64,000 nucleotides of DNA from Octopus sinensis (lineage: Eukaryota), in contig NC_043004.1 of NCBI RefSeq assembly GCF_006345805.1, positions 91,574,001 through 91,638,000 on the forward strand, read 5' to 3'. Both the position numbers and the translations under genes were made by a program. Of the stretch, positions 51,591 through 64,000 are shown in pieces. The stretch's first letter is position 1. Every line of letters begins with the position of its first letter. Below the pieces are notes generated by a model. It was not told the origin of the DNA and did no database searches. It saw only the letters and a program-made list of their open reading frames with translations.

Positions 51591-51710
51591 GTACATTACT
51601 AGTATATTATACCGACGACCCGCTACGTAGGCCAGCGCAACAAACTACTGCAAAACATGTTGTCAAATGCTTTAACGATTCTGTCAATCTATCGCCCTAG
51701 CATCGTCATA

Positions 51711-51746
<36 letters not shown>

Positions 51747-51962
51747 GTTTCAAATTTTGGTTCAAGGCCGGCAATTTCAGGAGAGGGTGAAGTCGATTGA
51801 ATCGGTCCAGCGCTCAGCTGGTGCTTATTTGATCGACCCCGAAAAGTTGAAAGGCAAGGTCGATTTGGGCAATATTTGAACTCTCTCAGAACGTTCAAGA
51901 TGGCCGAAATGCTGCCAAGCATTTTGCCCGACGTGCAATCCACCACTTTAATGATGATGGTT

Positions 51963-51993
<31 letters not shown>

Positions 51994-52074
51994 GATGATG
52001 ATGATGATGATGATGATAATAATAATAATAATAATAATAATATAATAATAATAATAATAATATGTGCATCGTGA

Positions 52075-52196
52075 ACATATGGCTGTGATGCATATGCCTG
52101 GTGTACCCTTATCAGACGGGTAGTCATGATGGGTACACTGGGCTTCGTATATTTTACCCCAGTGTCACTTTGATGGCATGCACTGCTCTCTCACTC

Positions 52197-52197
<1 letters not shown>
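52075..52197 (+). mobile_element. Repeat family E, short 3' copy within (AAT)n
   Basis: Matches 37480-37603, with (AAT)n on both sides. Confidence 0.85.
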
Positions 52198-52230
<33 letters not shown>

Positions 52231-52949
52231 TAATAATATAATAATAATAATAATAATAGAGTAGGGAAAGAGAATATTCCTACCATTTGGCAAATTTTTT
52301 TTTTCGCTTATTTTCTGTCTTGTGTTTTTGTTATTGGTTTTTGTTGCCAAACTGTCTAATTATAAAGCTATCTTATTTATAACTGAAGTAAATGTCTTAC
52401 ATATATGAATGCCAAGAAATTTGAGTCGTTTGCGTATTCATGCTGAAGCGATGATGTTTTTGCTACAGGAATACCACTTCCCATAAATATATGTATTTAT
52501 GTAAACATTAATATAGCTCAGGTCTTAAACAAGCGACAAGCGGCTCTTCATATTTGAGAGTTGCGTGCTATGCCAGAAAAACTTTTTCGAAATGCGTTGC
52601 GTTCATTTAACACCGTTCCTTATAGGACTACCAGACTCACCTGTTATTTGATACGAAAAGAGTTTGCAACTGGCGCCATCTATGTAAAAGAAACACACTG
52701 ACATTATCACCATGGTGTAGGCTTCTCCATGCTCTCCTTGTAAAATTTTCCCGCTTTAAAAATCAGGGGCTCCTTTCTTGCAATGACATTTATAACAACG
52801 AATCAACAGAACCTCTAAGTGGTTGCTATACAGGTAGAAATAGCAACTAAATCTGTCTCGAATTACATCATAAATGTCTTACATAAAAAGGAGACATTAC
52901 ATAATGTGGTCTTTGTTTCATTTTAAAAAAAATATTACATTAGACGTAA

Positions 52950-53830
52950 ACACGAGTAATCATAGATATCACGGGAAAAATTCGGTACACATAATAAGTT
53001 TGCCAGTCATATTCCAATAGTCTTGAAGAATTTAGCGAATAATATTAGCCGTCGTAATTCTCGTTTGCACTAAACTGAAATGATTAACCGTGCATCACCC
53101 TATTATAACAATTCTTTGAAATTCACAACATATATTGTATTTCTTCAAAAAATACAATATATGTCAGCTCATAACATGTTGCAAAGCCATAAAATACCGC
53201 GGAAGCGTATCATCAACTAGTTTATAGACTGGGAGTGGAATCCAAAAATCTCCTTGCGCCTAATACAGAGGTAGTTTCCAATAGGTCACAAGTATCAGAA
53301 AACATGTGACAAGAACTCCAGTAAAGTTAGTTGTGGTTCTACCAACAATATGAAGTGTTTGATTCCTACCATAAACAGAAGAAATTACAATAACAACCTT
53401 TCGTTAATTGACCAACTTCAATGTAATTGTATCAACAGCATCTCATGTCCACTTGACTATATGCTTCATCAAAGAGCTGCTATGCTAAAGTGAAGTTGAC
53501 AAACTAAATGAACAAATATATTTTGGTTTAAAAGAACGTACCTTTAATAGCAGATTCACACAACACGCATGTTCTTTGAGGAAGCCGGAGTAAAATAACC
53601 ACCTCCCTTCGACTATACATCGGGAAATCGGAAGATTAAAATACCACAGACAGTAAGATATTGTGATAAAATGTATAATTTGCCAAACTATATTCTGAGG
53701 ATTTGAATTGTGCTGCATATGTACCAGTGAAAAATTCTTCATACTGACATCTCCTTTCAACTTGTTGAATTGTAGGCATGAAATATCTTCGAAACGCAAT
53801 CACCAAAATATGATTATTTTACGGAAGTTT
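52950..53830 (+). pseudogene. Penelope-like element remnant (thumb, linker, GIY-YIG, C-terminus)
   Basis: PRKRIIN*F, FPIGHKY, VKVSCGSTNNMK, CNCINSISCPL, IYFGLKERTF, CCICTSEKFFIL..LLNCRHEISSKRNHQN. Confidence 0.75.
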
Positions 53831-54899
53831 ATTCTACCTAGAGGCGAAATATATTGCAATTTTATAGGTGGAATTTCTTTGAAATTATTTTTCCTTTTCT
53901 TTTTCCAAGCTCTTTGAAGTTTTATAAATATCTTTTCTTGTGAGTTCTCTTTTGTAACCTATATGTTGAATCAAAAGCTCTCTAGTAGCTAAGTGCTTTT
54001 CAAAGATATATCACAGAAGGATGAAAACTATTAATAAGTCGGCTTTTTTTTTCTCTCATAACTGGAAAAAACACTCGAATCTGGCTACTGAATCTTGTAT
54101 ATCTTTTTATATTATTAATATTTTATAGTAGTTTATTTATTGAAGCACAGATCAGTAGTCTTCCCACTACTATCAATATATGTCTCTATCTCGCCATTTT
54201 GCTTGGTTTCCCTTCTCGTCTGTATATTACTGTAACTTATTTTCTGTTTCTTCTTTTTTCAGATACTTCTTCCCCTTCCCTAAATTTTTCTCACTTTATT
54301 CAGCCAATTACTTACATAACCTTGCGTTTTCTTATTCGCTTTCTCACTTCTCCCTAATAAACATACCCTTTTCAATAATGTTTACTTCTTTCATGCTTCT
54401 TTCTCAATTCATTCAGTCAGTTCTCTATCCCACCCCCTCATTCATATGTGTGTGCGGTGGAGTATATGTATATACATATGTATCATCATCATCATCATCA
54501 TCATCATCATTCTCTTTACTCCCTATTTTATTCTGTCTTCTTCAGCCTATGCCTTGATGTCTGACAGTTTTCTTACTCAACCATTAATATTTAAATATCT
54601 TCTCAACCGTTAAATATTCCTAAATTTTAGAATCTCATGATATATAGGCCTTGTTTTGACCACTTTTACAAAATACAACGTTGTGAATAAGAAGGGGTAG
54701 ATGTGCTTGTCCGTAGGGATGGACACAATATGGATGACAAGAGACAAAGAGACAGGCGTGTTGGAGTGCTTACGCATGGAGTTGACAGAAGACCAGTTGC
54801 TACTATCGTACAAAAAAAAAAAAGAAAAAGACAAAGAAATCATATCTATTGGTCAGAGATTAGTGTGATACAACGAGTTATCTTATGGTAATCGATCGA

Positions 54900-55530
54900 G
54901 TGGATTTTCTTTCACTGCCGTCTAGGGTGGCTGTGTATATAACATTAAAACCACTATCCAGTATATGGGAACAATACACTATTGTGGGTCTCACCTGTGT
55001 TTTGCCGAGAGAGAATTAGCAGATGTTAGGGGAAGGAATATGTTCTGGCTTTAAAGAGGTGTTCAGTCTTTGTGGTGCAGTTTTTGCTGTGCTGAGGATG
55101 TGCGTTTGCCAAGGGGGAATTTCAGAGATGGAGTGACCTGATGCTTGTAGCGATAATGAAACCCCTTTTTGCGTATAATTCTTATTAGAAAGTGGAATTC
55201 GATAATTTTTTTCTTGATATGCATAGTGATTGTACTGTTGAAGGGAGACGAGATCAGAATGATTCCATTGGAAGATGCTTTTCGGTGTCTCTGTTCATAG
55301 AGTCAGTGCAGGTCTGGCTTGAGATAACAAGCTTACATATAGACTGTGTGTGCAGTATTACGGAGTAATGAAGGGTAATATCATTCCTTAAAACTGGGAT
55401 CAATGAAGGTGACAACAGGTAAGTCGTTGATGTACAGGAGAAAGAGTGTGGCAGACAAAATTGAACTTAGTGGGCACACCAAATTTTACAGCGTACTGGT
55501 TAGTGAATAACCTCCACCAGCACACGTTGT
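54900..55530 (-). pseudogene. LINE (CR1/Jockey-group) RT remnant
   Basis: Minus strand GVP../SILSATLFLLYINDL, WQTHILSTAKTA, KTQVRPTIVYCSHI. Confidence 0.75.
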
Positions 55531-55833
55531 GACGGTGCAATTTAATAGGGGCCCATCGATCAAAGACGCGAGACGAGTGGTGCCCATAGGCGAGCTGCTT
55601 TACAAAATGATTTGCGAATTATACATATTGACGCGCGATAGAGTAAGAGACAAATTGCGCCAATACCAACCAATCATAGTGGTAGACACAACGGCGTCCA
55701 AAACAGCGGCCAAAGGTTAGCTGTTACCTCCTACGTTCGTATATATGTATATATAATAGAGAAAGTCCATTAAAGTTCGCTACACTCTTTTGGTTGAAAT
55801 GGTTAATTTATTCTCTAGTGAACATTTTAAAAT

Positions 55834-55907
55834 ATCGAATTTAGCTTGAAATAATCAGATCTTTATTCTTTAGAATAAAGGTCTGATTATTCTAAGCTAA
55901 ATTCGAT
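55834..55907. repeat. Palindrome, 36-bp arms, 2-nt spacer
   Basis: ATCGAATTTAGCTTGAAATAATCAGATCTTTATTCT-TT-AGAATAAAGGTCTGATTATTCTAAGCTAAATTCGAT. Confidence 0.9.
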
Positions 55908-56508
55908 GCGATAATCAAATTTAGCTTTAAATCTTATTGCAAACTTTAGAAATTTAAAAGAAATCAAAGAGAATAACTCTAGGCTTCTATAGTAGTAAGT
56001 TCTGATATAGTGAGTATGGTAAGTGGATGTCAGCATAAGTAAGGCGTGGAACTTTAGAAAAAACTGCTCAAGTATAAATAATCTCCAGGGAAAGAGAAAA
56101 ATTAGTTGATGACTAATATATTATTCGCTTTTGTTTTACTGACAAATATGAATGTCATCGGTGTAAATGTAGTTTCGGCGTAACACGTGGAAGTGGCAGG
56201 GAAGACATTGCTAGGAAATGTATAGAAATGTATTTACGTTGGATTTAAAAAATAGGATTGTTTGGAAATTAAATAATTCTGAGACGCCAGTTGCCCGATA
56301 AACAATAGGTAAGTAGGTTTCGGCATATCTAATCCGTGGAGCATTATGAAACAGAAATAGAATAATAGCGGAATGGCTGGAAGTTTTCTCGGTTGTAATT
56401 TCCAGCTTGGAAAAAAATCAGTGAAAAGTAAGCGGGAATCTACTATTGACGAAAAGGAAGGCGAAGCAATCATTATATACATTTAATATATTACTCTATA
56501 TATGAATC

Positions 56509-56627
<119 letters not shown>

Positions 56628-56779
56628 TTCTCTCTCACTGTTTCTGTAATTCCCCCCTCATCTCTCTATATATACATATGTACACATATATGCATACGCA
56701 CATATATGTGGTTTTATTTACAAACGAAAGGAAAAGTACTCGGCTTTTGGAATATAGAATTTATTTTTCTTAAGATTCG

Positions 56780-57850
56780 ATTCATGATTACTCAGAGTTA
56801 TTACTCAGAGTTTCGCACTACTTCCCTCATTCAGGCAACTATGAACTGAAATTAAATGAACTGCGAAGAAAAATGTTGAGTAGCACACTGATTAAGCAGA
56901 TTTTTTTAGTGAACAGTGTTCAGGTGGTAGTCTGGTTTGTAGCCTTTCAGATTATTACAGCTGTCGGTTTTAGCTACGGTTATGTAGGAAAGAGCTCTCA
57001 GATTTAACATGTGGGTTTTGGCGCTGTCGGGGACAGCTACTTAATGAGGATTAGGGATAGGGTTGAACCTTCTTAGTCATCAAAGTCGACTCCTTAGTCG
57101 GCTTTGATGACTAAGAAGGTAACTTAGAGCTTTTGTTAAGTTATAGGCTTCATTTTATCATATGACATAGCTCTGTCCACGACAGCGCACGTTATTGTAG
57201 TATATTATCTGTCGTACCTTAATTTCTAAGTAAATTTGAACAAGATAGTGGAGTTCTCCTTGTTTCTCAACTTAAATGTGTTTGAACGCAGGTTATATTA
57301 GCTTTTAAAGGTGTCTGCTGTTGATACCGCGCAAATCCTTTCATTACTATCCGAGAGTGTTATGGCCGCTTTATATGGCACCACTGTGGAGAAACACGAT
57401 TCTAAATAGGTAGATTAAATGGTTTCTCTAGTTACAAGCTGGTTGTCTGTTTAGAGATATCTGGATGTATGTTAGGGTAGGAGACGTCTTAAATGTCACG
57501 TGATATCGAGAAAACAATCTTGTCCAAAAAAATTTATTACTGTTAAAAGGTTGCATCTGTTGCCTTACAGAAATTGAGCCAAATCACCTTCCACTTGTTT
57601 GTTCTGTTGCTGGTGTGTATATATATATATATGTGTAAGTGGGAGGAGGAATATTTTGATATTTTGTAGACAAGTCTCTTGATAAAGCTATTCCTTTCTA
57701 GTGTGTCGTTGTAATAGAGGGTGGGCCAGTTCAAAATATCAGAGAATAAGCGTCAAACTCTTCTACTAAAACCGCCCACAAGATTCTTTCATGAGGCTGA
57801 GGAATAAGGGTGGAATTTTTGCGTTTGTATGCGGTTTTCATCGCTTGTTT
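56780..57850 (-). pseudogene. Penelope-like element remnant (GIY-YIG) with a 3' hammerhead-like motif
   Basis: Minus strand KVIWLN, CFSTVVPYKAAI..DTFKS*YN...NSTILFKFT*KLR, HMLNLR. CTGAATGAG...CGAAACTCTGAGTA at 56793-56843. Confidence 0.65.
57067..57120. repeat. Palindrome, 25-bp arms, 4-nt loop
   Basis: ACCTTCTTAGTCATCAAAGTCGACT-CCTT-AGTCGGCTTTGATGACTAAGAAGGT. Confidence 0.9.
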
Positions 57851-57948
57851 TACTGAAGCAGTGATTACCTCTGCTCAAATGCAGAGTAATGTCTAAAACG
57901 TTAGCTATCAATGAGTTGGAGTTAATTGTAATATTCAAAGGATTTTCT

Positions 57949-58365
57949 TATTTCTTTATTGCCCACAAGGGGCTAAACATAGAGGGGACAAACAAGGACA
58001 GATAAACAGATTAAGTCGATTATATCGACCCCAGTGCGTAACTGGTACTTAATCTATCGACCCCGAAAGGATGAAAGGCAAAGTCGACCTCGGTGGAATT
58101 TGAACTCAGAACGCAGCGGCGTACGAAATACCTATTTCTTTACTACCCACAAGGGGCTAAACACAGAGAAGACAAACAAGGACAGGCAAACGGATTAAGT
58201 CGATTATATCGATCCCAGTGTTTCACTGGTACTTAATTTATCGACCCCGAAAGGATGAAAGGCAAAGTCGACCTCGGCGGAATTTGAACTCAGAACGTAG
58301 CGGCAGACGAAATACTGCAAAGCATTTTGCCCGGCGTGCTAACGTTTCTGCCAGCTCGCCGCCTT
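57949..58365 (-). mobile_element. Tandem SINE A dimer (tail type 2)
   Basis: Two tail/core units and one head. A single 18-bp TSD ATATTCAAA(G/T)GATTTTCT at 57931-57948 and 58366-58383. Confidence 0.9.
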
Positions 58366-58383
58366 ATATTCAAATGATTTTCT

Positions 58384-58780
58384 ATTAATATCAGGACCTT
58401 TCTAAATTTATTCATAGCATATTTGTCTATGTGGTGTAAACTGCCTAATCCATTGTCTTCGCACAGGCTGCAGCTCTTGGGTGTGTGTAAAATGAACAGT
58501 CCAGTGAGAACAGGCACTTCTGTTCCGTTGTTGTTACTCAGGATGTTGATCAATGAGTCATCCTCCTTTTTGACTTAGCAGAAATCGACTTCTCTTTCCA
58601 TCATCGAAATAACTGAAGCCAGCAACAACATTTATCTATAAAGCTGCAACATAAACTATTACCTAACTATTTTCGATAATAAAAATTGGTTTAACCAGTA
58701 TTCTGCAGACACATCTTTCCTCCAAGTTATTTCATTTCCTTTATATTTTCTCGAATGAGTGAACGTAGCGCGAAACTCTA
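58384..58780 (-). pseudogene. Degraded mariner transposase N-terminal remnant
   Basis: FRATFT..., RSRF..EDDSLINILSNN.TEV..., LHHID..NKFRKVLI resemble the mariner HTH and WVPH-linker region. Confidence 0.45.
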
Positions 58781-58817
58781 AATTTCAACAGCGTTTAATA
58801 ATCGCCTGATCCCTCAA

Positions 58818-58848
<31 letters not shown>

Positions 58849-59000
58849 TGTATGTATGTATGTATTATGTATGTATGTATGTATGTATGTGTGTGTGTAT
58901 GTATGTATGTATGTATGTATGTATGTATGTACGTATGTGTGTGTGTGTATGTACGTACGTACGTATGTATGCATGTATGTATGTATGTACGTATGTTGTG

Positions 59001-59032
<32 letters not shown>

Positions 59033-59041
59033 TGTATGTGT

Positions 59042-59096
<55 letters not shown>
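58818..59096. repeat. (TATG)n/(TG)n microsatellite
   Basis: Visible. Confidence 0.95.
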
Positions 59097-59100
<4 letters not shown>

Positions 59101-59875
59101 AGAGTAAATTTTGAGCCGTGCACCATTCACTCAAGTGTGACTGAACAGTAATAGAATGAATAATGTCATTTCTCACTTGGATACACAGCCTCAGATTTAG
59201 AGGTGTGATGCAGTTAATTAAACCTTCTTGATTAGTTAACTGGTTCTTTATTGTATCAACTTCAAAAAGATAAAAAGGAAAATCGGTCATTATGAAATTC
59301 GAACTCACAGAATACAGCTACGTAAGCAACTATCGCAAGATATTTAATTCACCGTTGCCATAAATTTATCAATGCCAACTCACTCATCGTTGCCACTAAC
59401 GACACTCACTCACTCACTCACCATTTTCAGAAACACTCTGTAACCACAGACTAGCAGATCCGCTGTTTCTTTTGTCTGTTGCTTTTACTGAAGCCACAAA
59501 GGATTTTGCAGAATTACCGAACAGCAGTATATCTTTTCGAAGGCCTATTCAGTGTATTCATTTCTTCTGCTCTCTTGATTCTGATCACATTCATCACCAC
59601 AACTAAGAATAGTGTATCTACGACTACATTATCCAAAGTAACTTTTTTATTAAATCGGCAGGGCTATTTCTAGCAAGGCAAGCGACCACTTAGAGGTTCT
59701 CTCGTTGGTCCGTACTTATTATTCGAGCTAAAGTTGATTTGCTTAAAGAATTAATCACGGTACATCATATTGAAATCGTTCTTATTTGAAATTAATCGAT
59801 ATAAATACCGCCAGTTCATTAAAAACTTAATCTAGTCACTGGAGGGGAATAGAAATAATAATAATAATAATGATG

Positions 59876-59935
<60 letters not shown>

Positions 59936-60621
59936 GCAAGAGATTTATTCTCATGACATTCTACTCATGGTTAAATTGTCAGGTCTCTGGAGAACATCGC
60001 TTTTGTATCAAACGTTTACCCGTTGGGAATTTTAATTTCAACTCTTCTACAATATCAGATATTTTATAAATGAATGAAACAAACAAACAGAAGAACGGTG
60101 AAATAGAAGAAACAATCTGTCGCGTAGTTAATTACGTTCCCCTGACGTTGTGTGTTCATAATCATGTTACTGTGATCGAAATGCCCTTCTAGTTCTCCGC
60201 CATTGATAAATGCAATAGCAATCGTACAAACACATATAGATTTTACAGTCGAATCGATACGACTTACAGAATATAACTGGTATATGTTTTGTTGAAAGTA
60301 GAAGCATAACAAGCAACGTCGACCCAGTTGAGAACGAAATTAAATACTGTTAGATATTTTTTTCTCTGACTCTCTGGCGCTCTGCCGAGTCTGCTATCAA
60401 CCCATCCCTAATAGTAGGCACAAGGTTAAATTTTTTGGCTTACAGTCTATTCATTAGACACAACTTGACTTATCCGCCCGCGAGATGAAGGGACATAACT
60501 AAATATACTGTAGCTGCAAAACTTTTATTCCAGCAGTCTACAGTTTCTACCGTCCAATTTGATAACAGTTTCTAATATTGTCGGAAAACCAGAAGTTTTT
60601 GAGGGGTGGGTGTTAGTCGGT

Positions 60622-60853
60622 ACCTATTTCTTTATTACCCACAAGGGGCTAAATACAGAGGGGACAAACAAGGACAGACATAGGTATTAAGTCGATTACA
60701 TCGACCCCAGTGCGTAACTGGTACTTAATTTATCGACCCCGAAAGGATGAAAGGCAAAGTCGACCTCGGCGGAATTCGAACTCACAACGTAACGCAGACG
60801 AAATACCGCTGCTAAGAATTTCGCCCGGCGTGCTAACGTTTCTGCCAGCTCAC
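60622..60853 (-). mobile_element. SINE A type 2 nested in an older type 1 copy (60570-60940)
   Basis: 20-bp TSD GGTGGGTGTTAGTCGGTACC on both sides. Confidence 0.92.
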
Positions 60854-61059
60854 CGGTGGGTGTTAGTCGGTACCATTGACCCCAGTAATCGACTGGTACT
60901 TTATTTTTTGACCCCAATAGGATTTGAAGTCAGAACGTGAAAGCTCAAATATTCTTCCCGGGTCATGCGCTCATAAAGCCGATTTTTCGGATTCTGTGAC
61001 GTGCATAATTTCCATCTTTCTGAACGGGACGCAGTCATCGCATAATTACTCAGTTTTGC

Positions 61060-61192
61060 CGGCTGAGTGGACTGGAGTAATGTGAAACGAAGTGTTTTGC
61101 TCAAGAACACAACATATCACCCGGTCCAGGAATCGAAACCATAATCTTACGATCATGACTGCAACAACCTAAACACTAAGCCACGTAGCTCA
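61060..61192 (-). mobile_element. SINE family D 5' part
   Basis: GCTGAGTGGACTGGAG...GGAATCGAAACC...CACTAAGCCAC. Confidence 0.7.
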
Positions 61193-61297
61193 TAGCGTAG
61201 AACACAGACGGTCAGATGAAATTCCGGTGCTTTGCTAATTCTGCTTGTTCAAGCACACCAAAACCATAGATTCGCGTAGCGGGTAGCACAGTGGACT

Positions 61298-61683
61298 GTG
61301 GAAGCACTCCGTCGGTTACGACGATGAGGGTTCCGATTGATCCGATCAACGGAACAGCCTGTTCGTGAAATTAACGTGTAAGTGGCTGAGCACTCCACAG
61401 ACACGTGTACCCTTAACGTAGTTCTCGAGGATATTCAGTGATACAGAGAGTGACAAGGCCGGCCCTTTGAAATACAGAGGTACAACAGAAACAGGAAGTA
61501 AGAGTGAGAAAAAGTTGTGGTGAAAGAGTACAGCAGGGATCACCACCATCCCTGCCGAAAGGCCTCGTGGAGCTTTAGGTGTTTTCGCTCAATAAACACT
61601 CACAACGCCCGGTCTGGGAATCGAAACCGCGATCCTACGACCGCGAGTCCGCTGCCCTAACCACTGGGCCATTGCACTTCCAC
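61298..61683 (-). mobile_element. SINE family C
   Basis: TSD ACAGTGGACT at 61288-61297 and 61684-61693. Confidence 0.92.
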
Positions 61684-61894
61684 ACAGTGGACTAAATCAA
61701 GATTAATGTTTCATATAAACATCGAAAAGCAACGAGTTGGTAGAATTGTTGAAGAATTGTTGTAAGTTCAAATCCTGTCAGGGTCAACTGAGTTTTATCT
61801 TCCGGGTTTGCTAAAGAAAAGTAGCTGTCATGTATTGGGATTGAAAGTATCGACTAACCCCAGCTCCTCAAAATTACTGGTTATGTGTCTAAAC

Positions 61895-62085
61895 TACGAG
61901 TGGGTGCTGGAAAGTTCCTCGTTTTGGGTAAAAGAAAACACAAAAGGATCAGTTAATTATAATTTTATTCAACATATACCCCTCACAGCTTCACACACTT
62001 ATTGCAGCAGTCTTTCATTTTTTTCTAAGCCCCGTAAAGGAACTCGGAAGCCTGGGCCTCCAGTCTGACCTTTCGCGATACACTT
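61895..62085 (-). mobile_element. Mariner 3' end fragment
   Basis: TIR-like TACGAGTGGGTGCTGGAAAGTTCC. The minus strand encodes CNKCVKL*GVYVE*, the mariner C-terminus. Confidence 0.7.
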
Positions 62086-62346
62086 AAATTTGCTGTCTTT
62101 TTGCCCAAACTAATCTATTAAGGCCGAGAGCTGACAGAACCGTTAGCGCGTCGAATAAAATGCTTCGCGGCATTTTTCTCGGCATTTTATGTTCTCACAG
62201 AAACCATTTATTTCCGGATCTTATACATTTTGAGTTCAAATCTTACCAAGGTCAGTTTTAATTTTCATCCTTTCGGGGTACCAGTCAGGTACTGAACCCG
62301 AAAATATCGAGTAACCCATTGCCTTCCAAATTTCTGACCTTGTATC

Positions 62347-62513
62347 CAGGGTCGGCCCTAGGGTTGCTGGCGCCCCGGGCAAGCTGAACTTCGACGCCCT
62401 TAAAAGTATAATATTTATAAACTTTCACAAGGAAAAAAACTGAAAATGTAGACTAAAAAGCACACTGCGCCCCGGGCGACTGCCCGAGTTGCCGGTACCT
62501 TGAGCTGGTCCTG
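62347..62513. mobile_element. hAT (Tip100-like) MITE
   Basis: TIRs CAGGGTCGGCCC / GAGCTGGTCCTG. 8-bp TSD CTTGTATC / CTTGTACT. It lies within a plus-strand SINE A tail. Confidence 0.7.
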
Positions 62514-62617
62514 CTTGTACTTAAATTAAAATCTTTTATAATTCTAGCTCTTTACCTTCTGAGTTCAAATCTTGCCGACGTGTATATTTGTCTTTCATTC
62601 TTTCGAGATGCATAAAA

Positions 62618-62851
62618 TACCTATTTCTTTATTACCCACAAGGGGCTAAACACAGAGGGGACAAACAAGGACAGACATAGATATTAAGTCGATTACATCG
62701 ACCCCAGTGCGTAACTCGTACTTAATTTATCGACCCCGAAAGGATGAAAGGCAAAGTCGGCCTCGTCGGAATTTGAACTCACAACGTAACGGCAGACGAA
62801 ATACCGCTAAGTATTTCGCCCGGCGTGCTAACGTTTCTGCCAGCTCGCCGC
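62618..62851 (-). mobile_element. SINE family A, tail type 2
   Basis: Full copy. Confidence 0.92.
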
Positions 62852-63685
62852 CAGTACCGTCAAATACTGGGCTCGATACAGTCACCTAATTCTTCCCTCA
62901 CCATCAAATTAGCTAGCCTTGTATTTAAATAAAAAAATAAATAAATAAAAGGCAAAGGTCTCCAGAGGTCAGAATGCAAAGAGATATAACTAAATCCACA
63001 ATGTTGTGAATTTAACTTGACATTCACAGCCCCTTAAAACATTATTGATTTATAATTTTGACCTGTTCTCCATTCTAAATTACTTCCAACTGAGCCGGGA
63101 ACAGTTTTGTATATTACATATTGATAACGGAGCGCACGTGTATACACATGTGTTAGTGAGTATGCGTGTGAGTATGCGTGTGAGTATGCCCGTGTGTGTG
63201 TGTGTGTGTGTATGAGTTTGCGTATTTGCGTGTGTCAATGGAATGAATGGATGAATGACTGAATGAATGAATAAATGAATGAATGAATGGATGGATAAAA
63301 CTGAATTGATTAAAAGCAGACGTGGAGAGAGACGAAACCAACTGGTTGCTTCATAGTTTAAACTGCAGTAGTGAGTGAAGTCGGTAAGTTGTAACTCATC
63401 GCCGTGTTCCCATTGTGAAAAAAACGTGTTTGTCCATTAGACAACGAACCTTCCAAATATAAATAATAAAATAAAACTTGTATGACTCAACTAGGTTAGC
63501 CACAGGTGTATTCCGTAACTTCACACACACACACACACACCACACACACACACACACACACCACACACACACCACATTCATTTATAATAAATGTATATAT
63601 ATATATACACACACATACGTTTATCTATAGTATATGTATATATGTATGTGTATATAAACACGTATATATATATATATATATATAT

Positions 63686-63830
63686 ATTTCTTTACTACCC
63701 ACAAGGGGCTAAACACAGAGGGGACAAACAAGGACAGACAAGAGGATTAATTCGATTACATCGACCCCAGTGCGTAACTGGTACTTAATTTATCGACCCC
63801 AAACGGATGAAAGGCAAAGTCGACCTCGGC
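63686..63830 (-). mobile_element. SINE family A, tail type 2, 5'-truncated
   Basis: Tail and core, no head. Confidence 0.88.
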
Positions 63831-64000
63831 ATCTGCGTGTTTATCTTTCTGTCTCTCTGTCTCCGTCACACTCTTTCTCTCTCTCTATGTGTGTGTGTGC
63901 GCCTGTATACACATACACACACGCACTTGCACGCACATATACGCTCGCATTCAAGGTCAGGGCAATGCTAAAATTGATAGGATAACCAGGCAAATGGCTT

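Overview
This is AT-rich eukaryotic non-coding DNA, dense in microsatellites ((TA)n, (CA)n, (TATC)n, (TACA)n, (TAA)n, (TAG)n, (CAT)n). The repeat content looks like an Octopus (coleoid cephalopod) genome; that is an inference from repeat composition and SINE types, not from a database search. No intact host protein-coding gene is visible. The only candidate is a possible short exon with a GC-box region on the minus strand at about 1394-1800. Almost all non-simple sequence is transposon-derived. It includes four tRNA-derived SINE families (my labels A-D), a cluster of R4/Dong-type RLE LINE fragments in (TAA)n tracts with a probable non-autonomous partner (E), and CR1, RTE and other LINE fragments. 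It also holds at least five Penelope-like (RT/GIY-YIG) remnants with degenerate hammerhead-ribozyme motifs nearby, mariner and Tigger/pogo pseudogenes, hAT MITEs, and non-autonomous Helitrons, one nested exactly inside another. The most notable observations are the (TAA)n-associated LINE/partner pair, the hammerhead motifs, three near-perfect palindromes, modular SINE tail swapping and a strong SINE strand bias. Boundaries were read by eye and are approximate unless a TSD or terminus is quoted.
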